Under the pieces are notes generated by a model. That model was not told the origin of the DNA. It did no database searches and was given only the letters and a program-made list of their open reading frames with translations. Made by a program: the position numbers and the translations under genes. From the NCBI GenBank assembly GCA_024137785.1, contig JAHRHZ010000217.1, positions 14,061,737 through 14,125,736 of the forward strand: a stretch of DNA of 64,000 bases. Reading direction: 5' to 3'. This document shows, one piece after another, positions 46,243-59,099 of this stretch (position 1 is the first letter of the stretch; each line of letters starts with the position of its first letter). Source of the DNA: Ginglymostoma cirratum. Taxonomy: Eukaryota.

Positions 46243-47659
46243 CTAGGTGGGATACACATCCCACTGAGTTGGCAACACCATGACAATTAATGGCAATTAG
46301 CTCTGAATGGTAACCACAGCCAGAACTCCATGTAGTCTCATGGGCCTATGGTGCTGGGAGCCCTAAGACCATGCATCATAGAATCATACAGTACAGAAGA
46401 GGCCCTTCAGCCCATCAAGTCAATCCCAGCAGATTTCCCTCCCTAGAGGATGTTAGAAATCCACTGATCGTGGGTCCATGAAATTCTGCCCATAGGAACA
46501 TACAAAGCACTTGGATGTGAACCTCCTGAGGAAGAGTACGCCACGCTATGACACTAAACTGGATGGCTTTCTCAAAGAGCCAGCAGAGGGGTGATGAGTC
46601 AAATAGTTTCTTCTGTGTGACAAGGTTCAATGATTCAGTCACTTGCTGCATTGACAATAATCTACGAATAAACCTAATTGAAGATGACAAAAAAAGTTTA
46701 GCACAATACAGCTTCACTTTATATCTCACCACAAACGCTAGCCCAGCAGCAGTTTTGAAAGCACTTATCTGGGTACTGCGTGAAGAATTTTCCAAATGAA
46801 GGTAAATTGTATGCTGCCTGACTTATTGACTTTGCTAAGAGGCTGAATGAAAGAAAAAGCTCTCTCATGATCCATTAAGTGCCTGGCCGGAGTCCAGCTC
46901 TTCGTAAATTTAACTTCATGAAGCAGGCTAGCTGACAGGGCCAATGCCAGCTTACTGCAGAACCTCCAGCCCAAGGCGCTTATAGCAATGTGCCTATTGG
47001 GGATAGCTCCAATGCGCTAAAGCTCACACACTCTTCAACACTCAGCATGCTTATTAAAGCCTAAAGATGCAATTGGAGATGCTGGCAGGAGGGAAGGAAG
47101 CCATTCTTCAAGCTGGCTGTGGCTGCAGAGGAACATTCATACGATGGCAGCAAGAGATACTGCAATGTTCCCCAGGTATTGGGCACTGCAATTGATCTGG
47201 TGTCACTTCTAGGGGCAGTTTGGTGATTGAGAAATAGACCTCATAAGGCAAACTATTTGGACATCGCTGTTTTATTTCCTATTTTTGTTTTTAGGAGCTG
47301 TTCAAAATCAAAAAGCCAAAGTCCACGTTACCCCTTTCTTGTCATGTGAAACAAACATAATAAGGGACAGGGCACCGTCAAGTTATAGCACATGACCTCA
47401 TTAATGCTAAAGCCAATGTAGAAAACATGTCAGATGGGGTAGGATGGTGTTATTGAGTTTGTTGTTATGTTTTTCTTTTTACACAGGAGGGCCACTGAGG
47501 CCCTGATAAAACGTCTACACAGCTTTCACTTTTCAGTTGTGACGCGGGGCTCCGTTTTTATGCAAAAAGTTATGATGGCCTGGAAGGTGCTGCTTTAACG
47601 GGTGGTGGATGGAGACTCAATGGTAACTTTCAGAAACATAACTGAATAGATAGTCAAAT

Positions 47660-48056
47660 GGAGGATGGTCACATCGTGGTCATGTCACTGGACTAAAAAG
47701 GTCCATGCTAACGCTTTGAGGATGTGTCCAAATCCCATCCTGGGAACTGGTGTGGAGTTTAAATTCAAGAAATAATTGAAAAATTTGGAACTGAGAGCCA
47801 GTCTCAATAATAATGACAATGTAACCATTGTCAATTGTCATAAAAATCTATCCGAATAATGTCCATCGGGGAGGGAAATCTGCCATCGTTACTCGGTCTG
47901 ACCAACAGGTGACTCCAGACCTACAGCAATGTGTTTGACCCTTAACTGCTCTCTGAAATGGCCAAAGAAGTCACTCAGTTCAAAGGCGATTAAGAATGGG
48001 AAACAAATGCTGGCCTTCCAGTACACACTTACATCCCATGGAAGTATAAAGCAAAA
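47660..48056 (+). mobile_element. tRNA-derived SINE family C, older subfamily
   Basis: gtcactggact...gggaaatctgccatcgttactcggtctg...gtgactccagacctacagcaatgtg...aaatgctggcctt. Confidence 0.8.
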
Positions 48057-48169
48057 GTAAAGTATCAGATTAATTTAACCCTTTCTGATTCGTAAATTCC
48101 TCAATTTGTATGGTCACATTTCACCTCTGCTCACAAATCTCCTCAGACTCTGAGATTACACCTTTGTGG

Positions 48170-48533
48170 AACATATACTGGTAATATCACTAAATGAGTA
48201 ATCCTGAGACCTAGTTGATGCTCTAGGGATTGGGGTTCAAGTCCCACACTGACTATGGTGGAATTTAAATTGAATTAGTCATAAATAAAAACCTGGAACT
48301 GAATGCTAATCTCAGGAATGGAGACCAGGAAACTATGTCACAGAGAACGGGGTGACTAATAGGGAAGGAAATCCCTCTGTATCCTACATGTGACTCCAGA
48401 CCCGCAGCAATGAGACTGACTCAACTACCTTGTGAAATGGCCTAGCAAGCCACACAGTTCAAGGGCAGTTTGGAATGGGCAGTAAATGTTAGCCTTGCCA
48501 GCGATGGCCACATCCCTTGAAAGAATAATTAAA
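48170..48533 (+). mobile_element. tRNA-derived SINE family C, older subfamily
   Basis: ggtaatatcact...ggggttcaagtcccac...tacatgtgactccagaccc...gccttgccagcgatggccacatccc. Confidence 0.8.
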
Positions 48534-49563
48534 TACTTTGTTGAGGGAAAGAACAGGGAATTGGGAACTAGTTGGATACCTCTTTCAAAAGCAGTCAGCA
48601 CAGGTATGAGTGGCCTCTTTCTGAGACGAACCGTTCCATGGTTCCATATAGAGTGACAACTGGCATACGGCTACTTGTGTAAAAATCTGTACATCCTCAT
48701 CAACACACTAGTCTATCCACATTGACAAAGTCACACTCAGCCAGGCAATCTTACCATTCTATTGGTGGGAGGTTGGGTGCATGACATTCAGCTTCAGAAA
48801 GGGGAATATGATCTACTTCTTCACAGCTTGGAATAAGCAACTATCACTTTGGGAGAATAAAAAGCTCCTTGCATTATAGCAGCCTCTCTTTTCCTCCCTT
48901 TACCTCACAAGGACGCACCCATCCTGTGATGGGAGGGGAAGCCAGGAGGTTTTCTCTCCTTGTACAAAATGGCACAGCAGTGCTACTCCAATGTAGCACA
49001 CCATCCAAAAGTAGACAGCTCCCTGCAAAATGTTATCCTTCTTGACGTACCTTTGCCATATTTTCAACTGTTAAGACTGACTGCAGAATAAGTGATCTGT
49101 TCTGATGGTTCCTTAATGCTTTTGTCCAATATCACAATGACTCTGCTTCAAATGGCTCATTTCACCTGAAGGGATTTGGGATGTCCCTGGGAGATGTGAA
49201 AAGGCTGTATTTGTCTAAGTGCTTTCTAGTTCAGTGTCTCTTCTTCCAGAGCAGATCAGGCTGTCTGTTTGTGCTGGCAACACCCAGAATACTTTCCTCC
49301 CATCAGCTTTGTTCATTATCTTGATAGGAGTGCTGATACCATGCCCATAATTATGTACAATTGGGGAGAAGTTTCACTGCAGCTCACCTGTCCTCTGATT
49401 CAGGGAAATGAGGAATGATAGGGGTGGAGGATGGGTAGCAACGGACAAAGCTTCTTTATTCTCTGTCACTAATTAATAATAACATAACCTTGTAACACTG
49501 CAGTCATTTTGTTCCCAACAGATATTCACATGGTCCTCAAAAAGCTGAACGTAAAACACTTAA

Positions 49564-49895
49564 GTGGTATGTTAGCTCAATGATTGGCTCTGCTGCCTCA
49601 CAGCATCAGGGACCCGGGTTTGATTCCAGCCTCGGGCGACTGTCTGTGTGGCGTTTGCACATTCTCCCCATGTCTGCGTGGGCACCCTTCAGGTGCTCTG
49701 GTTTCCTCCTACAGTCCAAAGATGTGCAGGTTAGGTGCATTCGCCATGCTAAATTTCCTATGGATGTGCAGGCCATTGGGATCAGCCATGGGAAATGCCG
49801 AGTTACAGGGGCAGGGTCTGGTTGGGATGCTCTTTGGAGGATCGGTATGGGCCGAATGGCCTGCTTCCACGCTGTAGGGATTCTATGATGATGAT
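49564..49895 (+). mobile_element. HE1-type V-SINE
   Basis: ctgcctcacagcatcagggacccgggtttgattcc, V-domain, tail gggattctatgatgatga. Confidence 0.93.
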
Positions 49896-50981
49896 TTTCT
49901 CTTATCCCAAGTCTAAAAGCTGCTCTTAAAGTCTCTGACAAATGTCCCCTTACATTGTGGACCTCAGCTTGTTTTAAAAGCAAGTGGGTAAAAGGTGTTT
50001 TCAGAATACTTGTGTATTTTAATACAACATCATGCCCGTTTAGCTTTGAATAGGCAAATTTCTCTCAGATTATTGAAGAGTCCAAATGTGTGCAGCACTT
50101 TAAAATGAGGTAATCATTTCCGTACACATATAGTGTTACAAAGCTTGTAAATCCACATAAATATAGGCGTGGATTTATTTCGGAATGCCAACGGATTGTT
50201 ACAGAGATTATATTAACTAGGCAATTAGAGTATTACAAAGTGGCAATTGCTCACATGGACCAGTTTCCAAGCATTTCTTCCATTCTCATTTGAGCCTGGA
50301 CAGCTTTAACATGTATTGAAGCATTTTATTTACACATGACCCTCCATGGAGCATGGTTGTTACTGACCAAAGAGCTCGATTTGTCACACGTTCAGATGTG
50401 CTGCAATCATTTCACACCAATTCCTGAATATTACCTCAGCAGATACGGCACTTGAGCAGTCTCCAGTTTAAAAACCGGTTTGCGCTTTTTTTCTGAAAAG
50501 GTCCGCGGTTCGAGAAAGGTCAGTTTCAAATAAAAATAGCCACTTCCATCCCTTTTGAGGGATATTTTAATCAGCTCCACCCCCGACCCCACTGCAAATG
50601 AACGCATCTCAAGCTCGACGCTGTGAAATTATACGTTAAAAAGCTTTCTTCTACTCTCCACCCCACCCCCCCATCCCTGTTTCACTGTTGGCCAAAAATG
50701 TCTCAGAATCCCCCAAAGATTTTCGACTGCAGCTGTTACTCAGTCATAACAATTTCCAACATTTTTCCAAGCTTTTTTTTTAAATCCTCTGGGCACTGCA
50801 CGGTTTTCATTCAAGGACACCCCACATCCAAAATGGTGAAGAAGCTGCAGAACCGTTGCTTTTGAAAATGGCCAGGGATACTCAGCACTCCTTATCAAAG
50901 ATATAAATCAGTTCTCCCTGACCATGCCCTGAAGTGGGACATCGATGATCAAATCCCAAGCCGTGGCCTCTGTGCAACAGT

Positions 50982-51845
50982 TTGATTTTATCGAATCACA
51001 CGATACAGCAGAGGAGAAGGCCATTTGGTCCATTGCGTTGGCGTAGCTTCTTTGAAAAAAATTTATTGAATGGATACAGCGCAGAAGGAGGCCATGCGGC
51101 CCATCATGTCCATGCTGGTCCTCTGAAGGAGCAAGCCATCCCCTTCAATCTTGTGCTTGTCACCCTTTGATTTTCTTTTTCTTTTTCAGGTAAATTCACT
51201 TGCTAAAAGTTGCACTGAACAGGTCTCCAACCAGCTCACTGGCGCCACATTCCAGATCCCAACTGCTCACTGCACAAAGAGGTTTACTCGCCCATAGCAG
51301 AGAAACCTTTTGGCATCCTCATCCAGTCTGACCCATACATGATTCAAACCCCACACCGATGCAGAAGCTAACTGCTTTCCCGAAGGGGCTCAGAAAGACA
51401 CTCACTTATATCAAACTGCTACTAGTGTTTCAAGAAGGCAGCCCACCAATCCCTTCTCGAGGGACTGCCTGTAGGGGTCAGTGACACTTGCAACTGAGAA
51501 TTATCTAATTAATCCCACTTCACTGCTTTCTTTTCCCCCCAATAGCCCTGCAAGTTTTTCCACTTCATTATTTATCCAACTCCCTTTTGAAAGTCACTGT
51601 TGAATTTACTCCAGACTCTGACAATGAACTGCAGTTAACCTCTGGTTCTTCTGCCAATCCTCTTAAATCTGTTTCCTTTCATTACTGACCCATCTCTCAA
51701 TGGCAACTGAATACCCCTAATTTCACGCTTATAAATAGACCTCATGATTTTAAGCCACCTCTATTAAATTTCTTCTCTATTAAATATTAAATCACAATTT
51801 CTCAAGTCTCTTCACACATATGAAGTCTCTTATCATTATTATTTT
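50982..51845 (-). mobile_element. Nested CR1-like 3' remnants
   Basis: Two successive tail starts (aggccatttggtcca, aggccatgcggccca). The outer copy resumes near 51498 (aatcccact...atagccctgcaag...cttaaatctgt). A plus-strand SINE-like fragment lies at about 51300..51495. Confidence 0.65.
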
Positions 51846-53557
51846 ATCTGTTAACTCCTGACTGGTTCGTGGTTTTAAGCTACAGTGAACTGTTTTCAGA
51901 TTTTTGTATGGGTCTGTTCTACATGTGTTGCTAGTGTATGTTGCAGTGAATATTCTATCTCTTCCTATGTGACCTGTTTAACGACTTGGTCCAGATGGAA
52001 AGTTGCTATTTGGACTTCTTCACAAAAAATTCTTGTCTGAATTTATCTTGTGGTAATGAAATCAAGAAACAGCAACAGCAATCACGTGAGTTTGTTGTTC
52101 ATCAGAACCATTCCTGTCGAATTCCAGCCCAATGCCAGAAAGCCTGGACAGTATGGACCATATCAGTCTGGGCTCATAGATCCCCTTGTGGGCACTAAGA
52201 CCAGAAGAAGTGCACCCACACAGCCTGTTCAGCCTGGAAGGCACCTGAATTTCCTGTAAAATGACCTCGGTGCAACTTCAGCTCAGGTCCCGCAATGTCA
52301 ATAGAGACGAGAAGGCCTTATAAGCTCCCTGCTGATCCGCAACATGAGAGCTGCCAACTGACTAAAGTAATGCAGTGCCTGGCTGTAAGTTCTTCAACTT
52401 GAGCCTGAGGATCCCATACAGAGACCCCAGTGGCTAAGCTGCCCTTGCATGACCAACTCGCCGGTAATTCCAGGAGGAGGTGGTGGGCTCGGACGGGGAC
52501 AACTGCTCCCCCACCCCCAATCTCACAGGGTCTAAACTAAAATGATATTGTTGGGCCTGCACCATCTGTAATCGGGTCAGATTCTGCACAATCCTAGAAG
52601 CACCACAAAGTGGTAGTGGCCTAATGATCCTTGATTACTGGTCATCGTATCCTAGGAATGTTCAGTTCCTGAATAAAAACTGGGCATGACCCTTAATGAC
52701 TTTTAACAGCTTTGCCTTGAAGAATGAAAGAAACGCAAACAAGTGAACAATTTGTAATCTACTTGAGTTTTTGAGTGGTTTGTCGATTAACTTCAAGCTC
52801 TACAGATTTGTTTCTGGAGATGTCCTGAATTGTTCTTGCTTTCACACCATTGCTGTTAGTTGTTCTGTACGCAGCAACCCCAACACCCTGTCCCCACCAA
52901 CACACACACACATGCTCCACACTGCAGGCAGTGCTTCTGCATGTTCTGGAAACATCTCAGAGATGACGTACAAGGGACAGAATTAGAGGAATGCTTGGCA
53001 TTGTCCAGTTATTTATCTACAACTGCACAGCAATAGCAAACTAGCTCAGAATGACTGATATTGATTGGCGCCAGATGTCAGTAAACCTGGCTTGCTTCCT
53101 ACTCAATGAGCAATGATTAGTCACACTTCAGAGATAGAGGCTCAGTTTGGGATTGACACTTGGTCCAATGGACAAGCAGGTTAACCTCACAGAGTAGACA
53201 ACAAGCTGTTACAGCTGAGTGGCAAAGGACATTAGATAGTAAACCAAAACATTACCACATATATAATGCTTTTATAAAGATTTTTCCCTCAAAAGTTCAT
53301 TAATTGTAATTCTTAATTCCATTAAAAAAATGTAGCTACATCTTTGTTATAAGTGACAGACAGCAACATTAGGAATCAAACTGTTGTGTTTTGAGAGTGG
53401 GCGAAGGAATATTTGTTATCCATTCTTGTGAAATCAGAGCTGCATGTGGGCTTAGCCAGGATGACACCTTCCCCTCTCTGAAGAATATATAATGATCATT
53501 TTGATTTTTATAACTATCAGGTCATTTGCATCATGTTGCCCACTCCCCACACCCTGC

Positions 53558-54160
53558 AGGCTGGACGGAATTTCGTGTAGGTGATGGGAATCTCACCCTC
53601 CGGCTGGAGAGTCCCTGGTTACCTCTTTGAGGGGAGGCCCACCACACTCAATGCCAACCAGGCTCTTACAGAACAGTACCGGGCCTTTGCTGGCCTAAAG
53701 AGCATTGGTCTCACTCACCAAAAGCTGTCTGCCAAACTCAGGCAGGTAGCTCTTCATTGCTGGGCAGCGCCAGCATGAAGGGAGGTCACTAACAGTAATG
53801 CACCCATCTAAGGTCGAAGATCACCAAGGATCGAGGACAACCAGTGATGACAGGAAGAGCGTCATGATGGTAAGGGCCAAAGGTGGTTAGCAGCAAGGGG
53901 AGGGTATGGCAGGCTCACTGTGGGTTCCTTCCTGATCCAAACCCCTCAATCAGGCATTGAGCACCTCAAGCAACCTGATAGGGTTTGTTGCTCAGTTTTC
54001 CAGCCTGGGTAGGTCTGCCCAAGGTGTATACCTGCAGTGGTAGGATGAAGCCCTTAAGAGACCACTATGCAAAGCAGCTGGTCCACTCTTCACCTCCTCA
54101 AATGTAGCTTAGAACATGATGCAATGCCCAGAGGGGTACTCCATCACCTTCTGCTGTTTG
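53558..54160. mobile_element. Possible old MITE-like repeat related to 7827..8506
   Basis: GC-richer block starting ggctggacggaatttc with motifs (agctg..tgccaa, ggcagcgcc) loosely shared with the 7827 block. Ends are not defined. Confidence 0.3.
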
Positions 54161-54180
54161 GAGCAAACACACAGAGAGTA

Positions 54181-54518
54181 GGGGGAGGCGATGGTTATGG
54201 CCTAGTGGTATTATCACTGGACTATTAATCCTGAAACCCAAGTAATGTTGTAGAGACCTGGGTTCAAGTCCCAACACAGTAGATGGTGGAATTGGACATC
54301 AATAAAAATCTGGAATTAAGAGTCAAATGGCAATCATTGTCGGGAAAAATCCATCTGGGTCACTAATGTCCTTAAGGGAAGAAAATTGTCATTCTTACTC
54401 AGTCTGGCCTACATGTGACTCCAGATACAACAATGTGGTTGACTCCTAACTGCCCACTAAACAATTAGGGATGGACCACAAATACTGGCCAAGCCAGGGA
54501 ATCGTGGATGGATAAAAA
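54181..54518 (+). mobile_element. tRNA-derived SINE family C
   Basis: gggggaggcgatgg..atggcctagtggtattatcactggac...ctgggttcaagtccc...ctacatgtgactccag. Confidence 0.9.
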
Positions 54519-54780
54519 CTCTGGACCAGTTACAGAAGGTGTATAGGTTGGACAGTGAGTTCAATTAGCCATGTTCTCTCCCATCATGGCCCCAATCGTT
54601 TCGCCTTCCTGCAGATCTTAGCCTGCCCCATGATCAATGCTCGGCCCACTTAAAATGGAGCCTCTCTCTCATAGCTAACAATTGCTGAGCGCAGCAGATT
54701 ATTTTGGAGTCATGACTGGATTGGATAATGAGCAGAACCACTATCCTGTAACACCTTCCACTGAAGAAACAAAATACAAG

Positions 54781-54870
54781 AGCTCTTGTGGTGCAATAGA
54801 AGGCCTGGATTCAAGTCCTATCTGCTCCAGAGGTATGTTATAACAAGTCTGAACAGGTTGATTCAGGGAA
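54781..54870 (+). mobile_element. Short tRNA-like SINE family F
   Basis: gctcttgtggtgcaat...ggcctggattcaagtcc...tctgaacaggttgatt. Confidence 0.65.
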
Positions 54871-55632
54871 AAATACTTAATCTTTGCCTATCTTTGAATC
54901 ATTCTTCAGATAAGGATGGTCAATGTTAATGCAACCAGTTGCTACGAGGAACATGGATTTCCAGTGATGACTCATCTTTAAGCCTCTTGTGGATGTTGTG
55001 AAGATTCCATAATCTTCCTTATGATAATACATGGGGATAAAAAATAGGGAACAAAGAATCGCAGGTATAGGCCCGCATTCATCGTAGAACCAAACTTCAA
55101 CACACCACAAAGATCTGCTTTAGTTCCAATAGCGTCAAAGTTGTTGTAGTCATCTTTGGACAAATAGCTCATTCGATAAAGATGTAATGAACAGGCTGAG
55201 GGACATTCAGGATACAGACTGCTTTGCAAATGACAGCATCAATTTCATGGGCATTCTACAGCAATCACCTTCAATTTAGACATCAATTGGGGCATTTATT
55301 GCTGGCTACAAAAACCTTGCTTGCCAAAAAAACATATAATCAGGACGCCATTCCACTTGTCCATATTTTCACAAGTAGACTATCCAGTAAAACAAAAGCA
55401 CAGTTCCGGTATATTTCAACGCAGCTGATGCTGATGAATAAAAGAACAGAATGCAGATGGAGAGACACAGTTGGCCCACACAGCAGCTCGCTACTTAGGG
55501 GATTGAGGGAGGAAGAGCAGAAAGCACAAACTATCTAGAATTTTCAGCATTAGCCACAGGAGACACACACTGTTTCTTAAAAGCCAGTGATAAATTCAAA
55601 CCAAGACCGGCAGTCAAAACTTGCACAGATAT

Positions 55633-55680
55633 ACACACACACGCTCACGCTCACACACACATGCTCACACACACACAGTC
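55633..55680. repeat. Interrupted (CA)n tract
   Basis: acacacacacgctcacgctcacacacac. Confidence 0.85.
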
Positions 55681-56850
55681 CACCCCCTACAAACTGTCTT
55701 TTGATAAAATGTTTTGCAAAGTCAGAAAATGGAAGTGTGTCCAATGAATTTTAGTTTTTTTATTTGCCAAATTTGAGAGGGAACACAAACATACTTTAAC
55801 CGGTTAAACAGCAGGAGAAACAAGTTATGTTTTCTTGTTGAATCCAATATCCTGGATGTTTTCACTTCGTTTACTTTCACAGGTCAAGGAGCATGAAACT
55901 CCAGAACCTTTCCTTTGTGGTAGTTTAACCTCTGATCCATTCACCTCTCCTCAGAAGGTTAAGTAGGTTGTGGACAGTGCATGTGTCCTGCTCCAACAGA
56001 AGGAACAGGTTCAGCAGTTGAAGGTGGGCCTTGTGCTTCATTTCCATGTGACACTCCTGCATGTGCTCTTAGATTGAGATGTCAGGATTACAAATGATTC
56101 ACTAATGCAGTTTGACCAGACAGAACTTGGAAGGCAGCTAATTGACATCAATTATACTCAATACAGAAGCAGCGAAGAGGGGATTAAAATAAAGTTAAAT
56201 TCGATCACGTTAGAAAGCCAGATATTTAGGGAAAGTCGTTCCGCAAATTTGAAAATAGTCTCAGAATGCCAACGTTTCCTTATTATGATGATACATTTCT
56301 AAGTCAACGATCAAGAGAAGAGAACTCCCAAATTCATCCAGTTTACCCTGCAGACTATTTAAAAAGTAGCATCAGCGCCACCACAACAAGCTCCTCTGCT
56401 GTAGTTTATAATGCCTGGTATGTCATACTTGATTACTCCAGTATGTAACATTTTCATGAAATGCTATATTAGTTTGGGCCAAGTTTCAATTAATCCCACC
56501 TCCCAGTCTCCCTTGTACTGAGTAATTGATATAAATTAGTTGCCTTCAAAATCCTCTCAAGTGAAACAGCATTAATTACTCAGTTGAAAACCTGACGACT
56601 CAATATAACCTGCTTTTATGGATCCAATAATAGTCAGAGTCAAAACTGGCCAATTAGCTTCAAAATAGGGCATTTGCCAGAAGTGTGCTGACTCGAGATA
56701 TTTAAGTTGGAGTGTGCTTTGAGGAAAATCTACAGAAGTTGTTCATAATGGAATGAGTTTTACACAGGCAACTGTGGAAATTTTGACTAAATGGTAGTAC
56801 ACTCTGGCCTAAATCAGGGGGTTCAATTGCAGTAATGTACATCCTAGGTT

Positions 56851-57230
56851 GGGGTTCTTGTGGCACAGTAGTCGTATCAGGCAGGAAGCTGGGGTTCAAA
56901 ATATCTGGAAATATCTCACAACGTGTGTAAGCTGGTTGATTCAAAACAATTAACAACCTAATCTGGTGGACGAAAGCATCGTTGAGGGTGTACCATAGTT
57001 CTGCCGGGGCTTTTGTGGTGCAGCCGCAGTATCCCTATCTCTGAGCCAGGAGGCCTGGGTTCAAATTCCACAGCTCCGTAATATGGTTTTTTTAGAAAAT
57101 ACTGCCAACCTAGGTTGGGGGGAGGCGGCGGGAAATCTAGTAGTAGTGATAGTGTCCCTGCCTCTGAGCCAGGAGGTCTGATTTCAAGTCCCACCTTGAA
57201 CAACATGTCCTAGCTGGTTGATTCAAACCA
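56851..57230 (+). mobile_element. Cluster of three short tRNA-like SINE family F copies
   Basis: Heads at about 56851, 57006 and 57138. Two share tccct.cctctgagccaggagg.ctg..ttcaa, and two end in agctggttgattcaaa. Confidence 0.7.
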
Positions 57231-57550
57231 CTTACAATCTCGGCTGACAATCTACAGCAGCACTGAGGGACTACTATACTTCTGTTGCTGCCATTTTTGA
57301 GATGGCATATCCGGGTGAGGATCATTTGCTCTCTCAGAATGGGATTGATTAGGTGCAAGAGTTGTCTTACAGTAGACTGACTAATATGCTCAATCAATGC
57401 ATTTTTGAAAAACAATCTCATCCTCTCCATCCACGGTGTCTGGAGTGCCTCGCTGTGAACGGATTGATTTGTTACATAATTGTTACATACATTTGTTACA
57501 TACTTGCACAACAGACAATGTACTTAAATGGCTGGGATGTGAAGGGTTGT
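57231..57550 (+). mobile_element. Degraded DeuSINE-like body
   Basis: aatctcggctgacaatctacagcagcactgaggga...gctgccatttttgagatg...tgctctctcag resembles 15350..15455. Confidence 0.45.
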
Positions 57551-58557
57551 TTATCTTTGATGAAAGCTACTGCACCACAGGGGCTACCTTCCAATTCTCT
57601 ATTTTCTTTAATACAATTGCTGCAATTTTTGAGAGTTTTAAGATGCAGTTGTTTCCAATTCTGTTTGCAAACACTTCCTGTGCTCAACTGGAGAGAAAGC
57701 CAGTGTATTTGGGGGAACAAATGACCTACCTAGGAAGGTTAGTTGATCAATCAATCCACGTCTTACACAGACAATGGATAATTGCTCCATCACTGACTTT
57801 AGTCTAAAACTGTCACCTGGAAAAGGATGATACTGCCAAGTCTATTCCTTCAGTCCCAAGCAAAGCTGCAAAATATTCTTCAATTTTAAAACCTATATCT
57901 TAGCCAATGATCTCTTGACATGCTTTGACAGTCCCATCAGCTCTGACACCAAAATGTTCCACACATGTTAGCAGGGCTTATCTTTGTCAGCTGCAATCAT
58001 TTTCCTAACCAGTTGTTTATTCAGCTCTTCATTTCCAAACCAGCCTCGGATTCATTTAAAATGGATTAGGAAACTAATTAAAGTGGAGCACTAGCCCACT
58101 GACTAAAAGAGCCTGGCCTTCTGTAGCACCTGTCCAATACGGCTCTGAAATGAAATTACCGAATGTACAGCGGTTTCATGATGCAGAGTCACTGTTGTAG
58201 TTTGATACTGGAATAGGTCTCCCAAACCCATTTCACACAGTACACCTGCAGGGTCAACCCCCAACTTAACAGCATACAGACCTGCAAGGGTTCACAAGAC
58301 ACCTCACTATGACCTTCTGAAAAGCAATTAGGGGAAGAATAATAGATGCTGATCTTACCAATGAAGCCCAAATACTTTGAACAGGAAGCAACTTTGATGC
58401 TGACTTTTACGTCAGTTTGGATTTGCTCCCAAACTATCCACTCGAAATTTAAAATTGAGGCCATTCCCACTGACATGGATTCTTCCTGGTCATTCCTGTT
58501 TTAATGTCAGATTGTAGACTAGATTATTTACTAGAGAGGTGAATCATGCCAATAATG

Positions 58558-58873
58558 AGTGGCATGGTGGCTTAGTGGTTAGCACTACTGCCACATGATG
58601 TTAGGGATCCACGTTCGATTCCAGCCTCAGGCAAGTGTCTGTGTGGAGTTTGCACATTCTCCCCGTGTCCATGTGGGTTTCCTCCCACAGTCCAAAGATG
58701 TGCAGGTTAGGATTGGCCATGCTAAATTGCCCATAGTGTCCAGGGATGTGCAGGTTGGGTGGATTAGCCAAAGGAAATGCAAGATTACAGAGAAGGGCAG
58801 GATGCTCTTCAGAGAGTTGGTATGGACTTACTGGGCCGAATGTCCTGCTTCCACACCATGGGGATTCCACGAT
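58558..58873 (+). mobile_element. HE1-type V-SINE
   Basis: gtggcatggtggcttagtggttagcac, gttcgattcc, gtctgtgtggagtttgcacattctccccgtg. Confidence 0.93.
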
Positions 58874-59099
58874 AAGTTTAGCAGCTTCTGACCACAGGTA
58901 GCCAAGCTGACAATAACAGGACAGGAGAAACACCAATAAACTGTGCACACAAACATCCTCAGGTGTGGAGGTCCTGCTCCATTAAAGTTTCTGGAGAGCA
59001 GACCATTGTGTAGACTGCGCTTGTGTACCTGCTGGTGGTTTACGTCAAAGTAGCCTCGGTAGAAGTTGAGGATTGCACTGCCTTTGTAGCTTTAGTGCT

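Larger units (their letters stand above)
47543..48650 (+). mobile_element. CR1-like 3' remnant interrupted by two SINE C copies
   Basis: tggaaggtgctgc...gggtggtggatggagactcaatggtaactttca before the SINEs, and gggaaagaacaggg...ctctttcaaaagc...ggcctc after. Confidence 0.55.

Noticed and set aside
54877-55229. Overlapping minus-strand ORFs with protein-like composition
   Set aside because: No flanking splice signals that preserve a frame and no recognisable family.
57005-57080. tRNA gene
   Set aside because: Acceptor and D stems do not pair properly, and it continues into a SINE-type tail shared with other copies.
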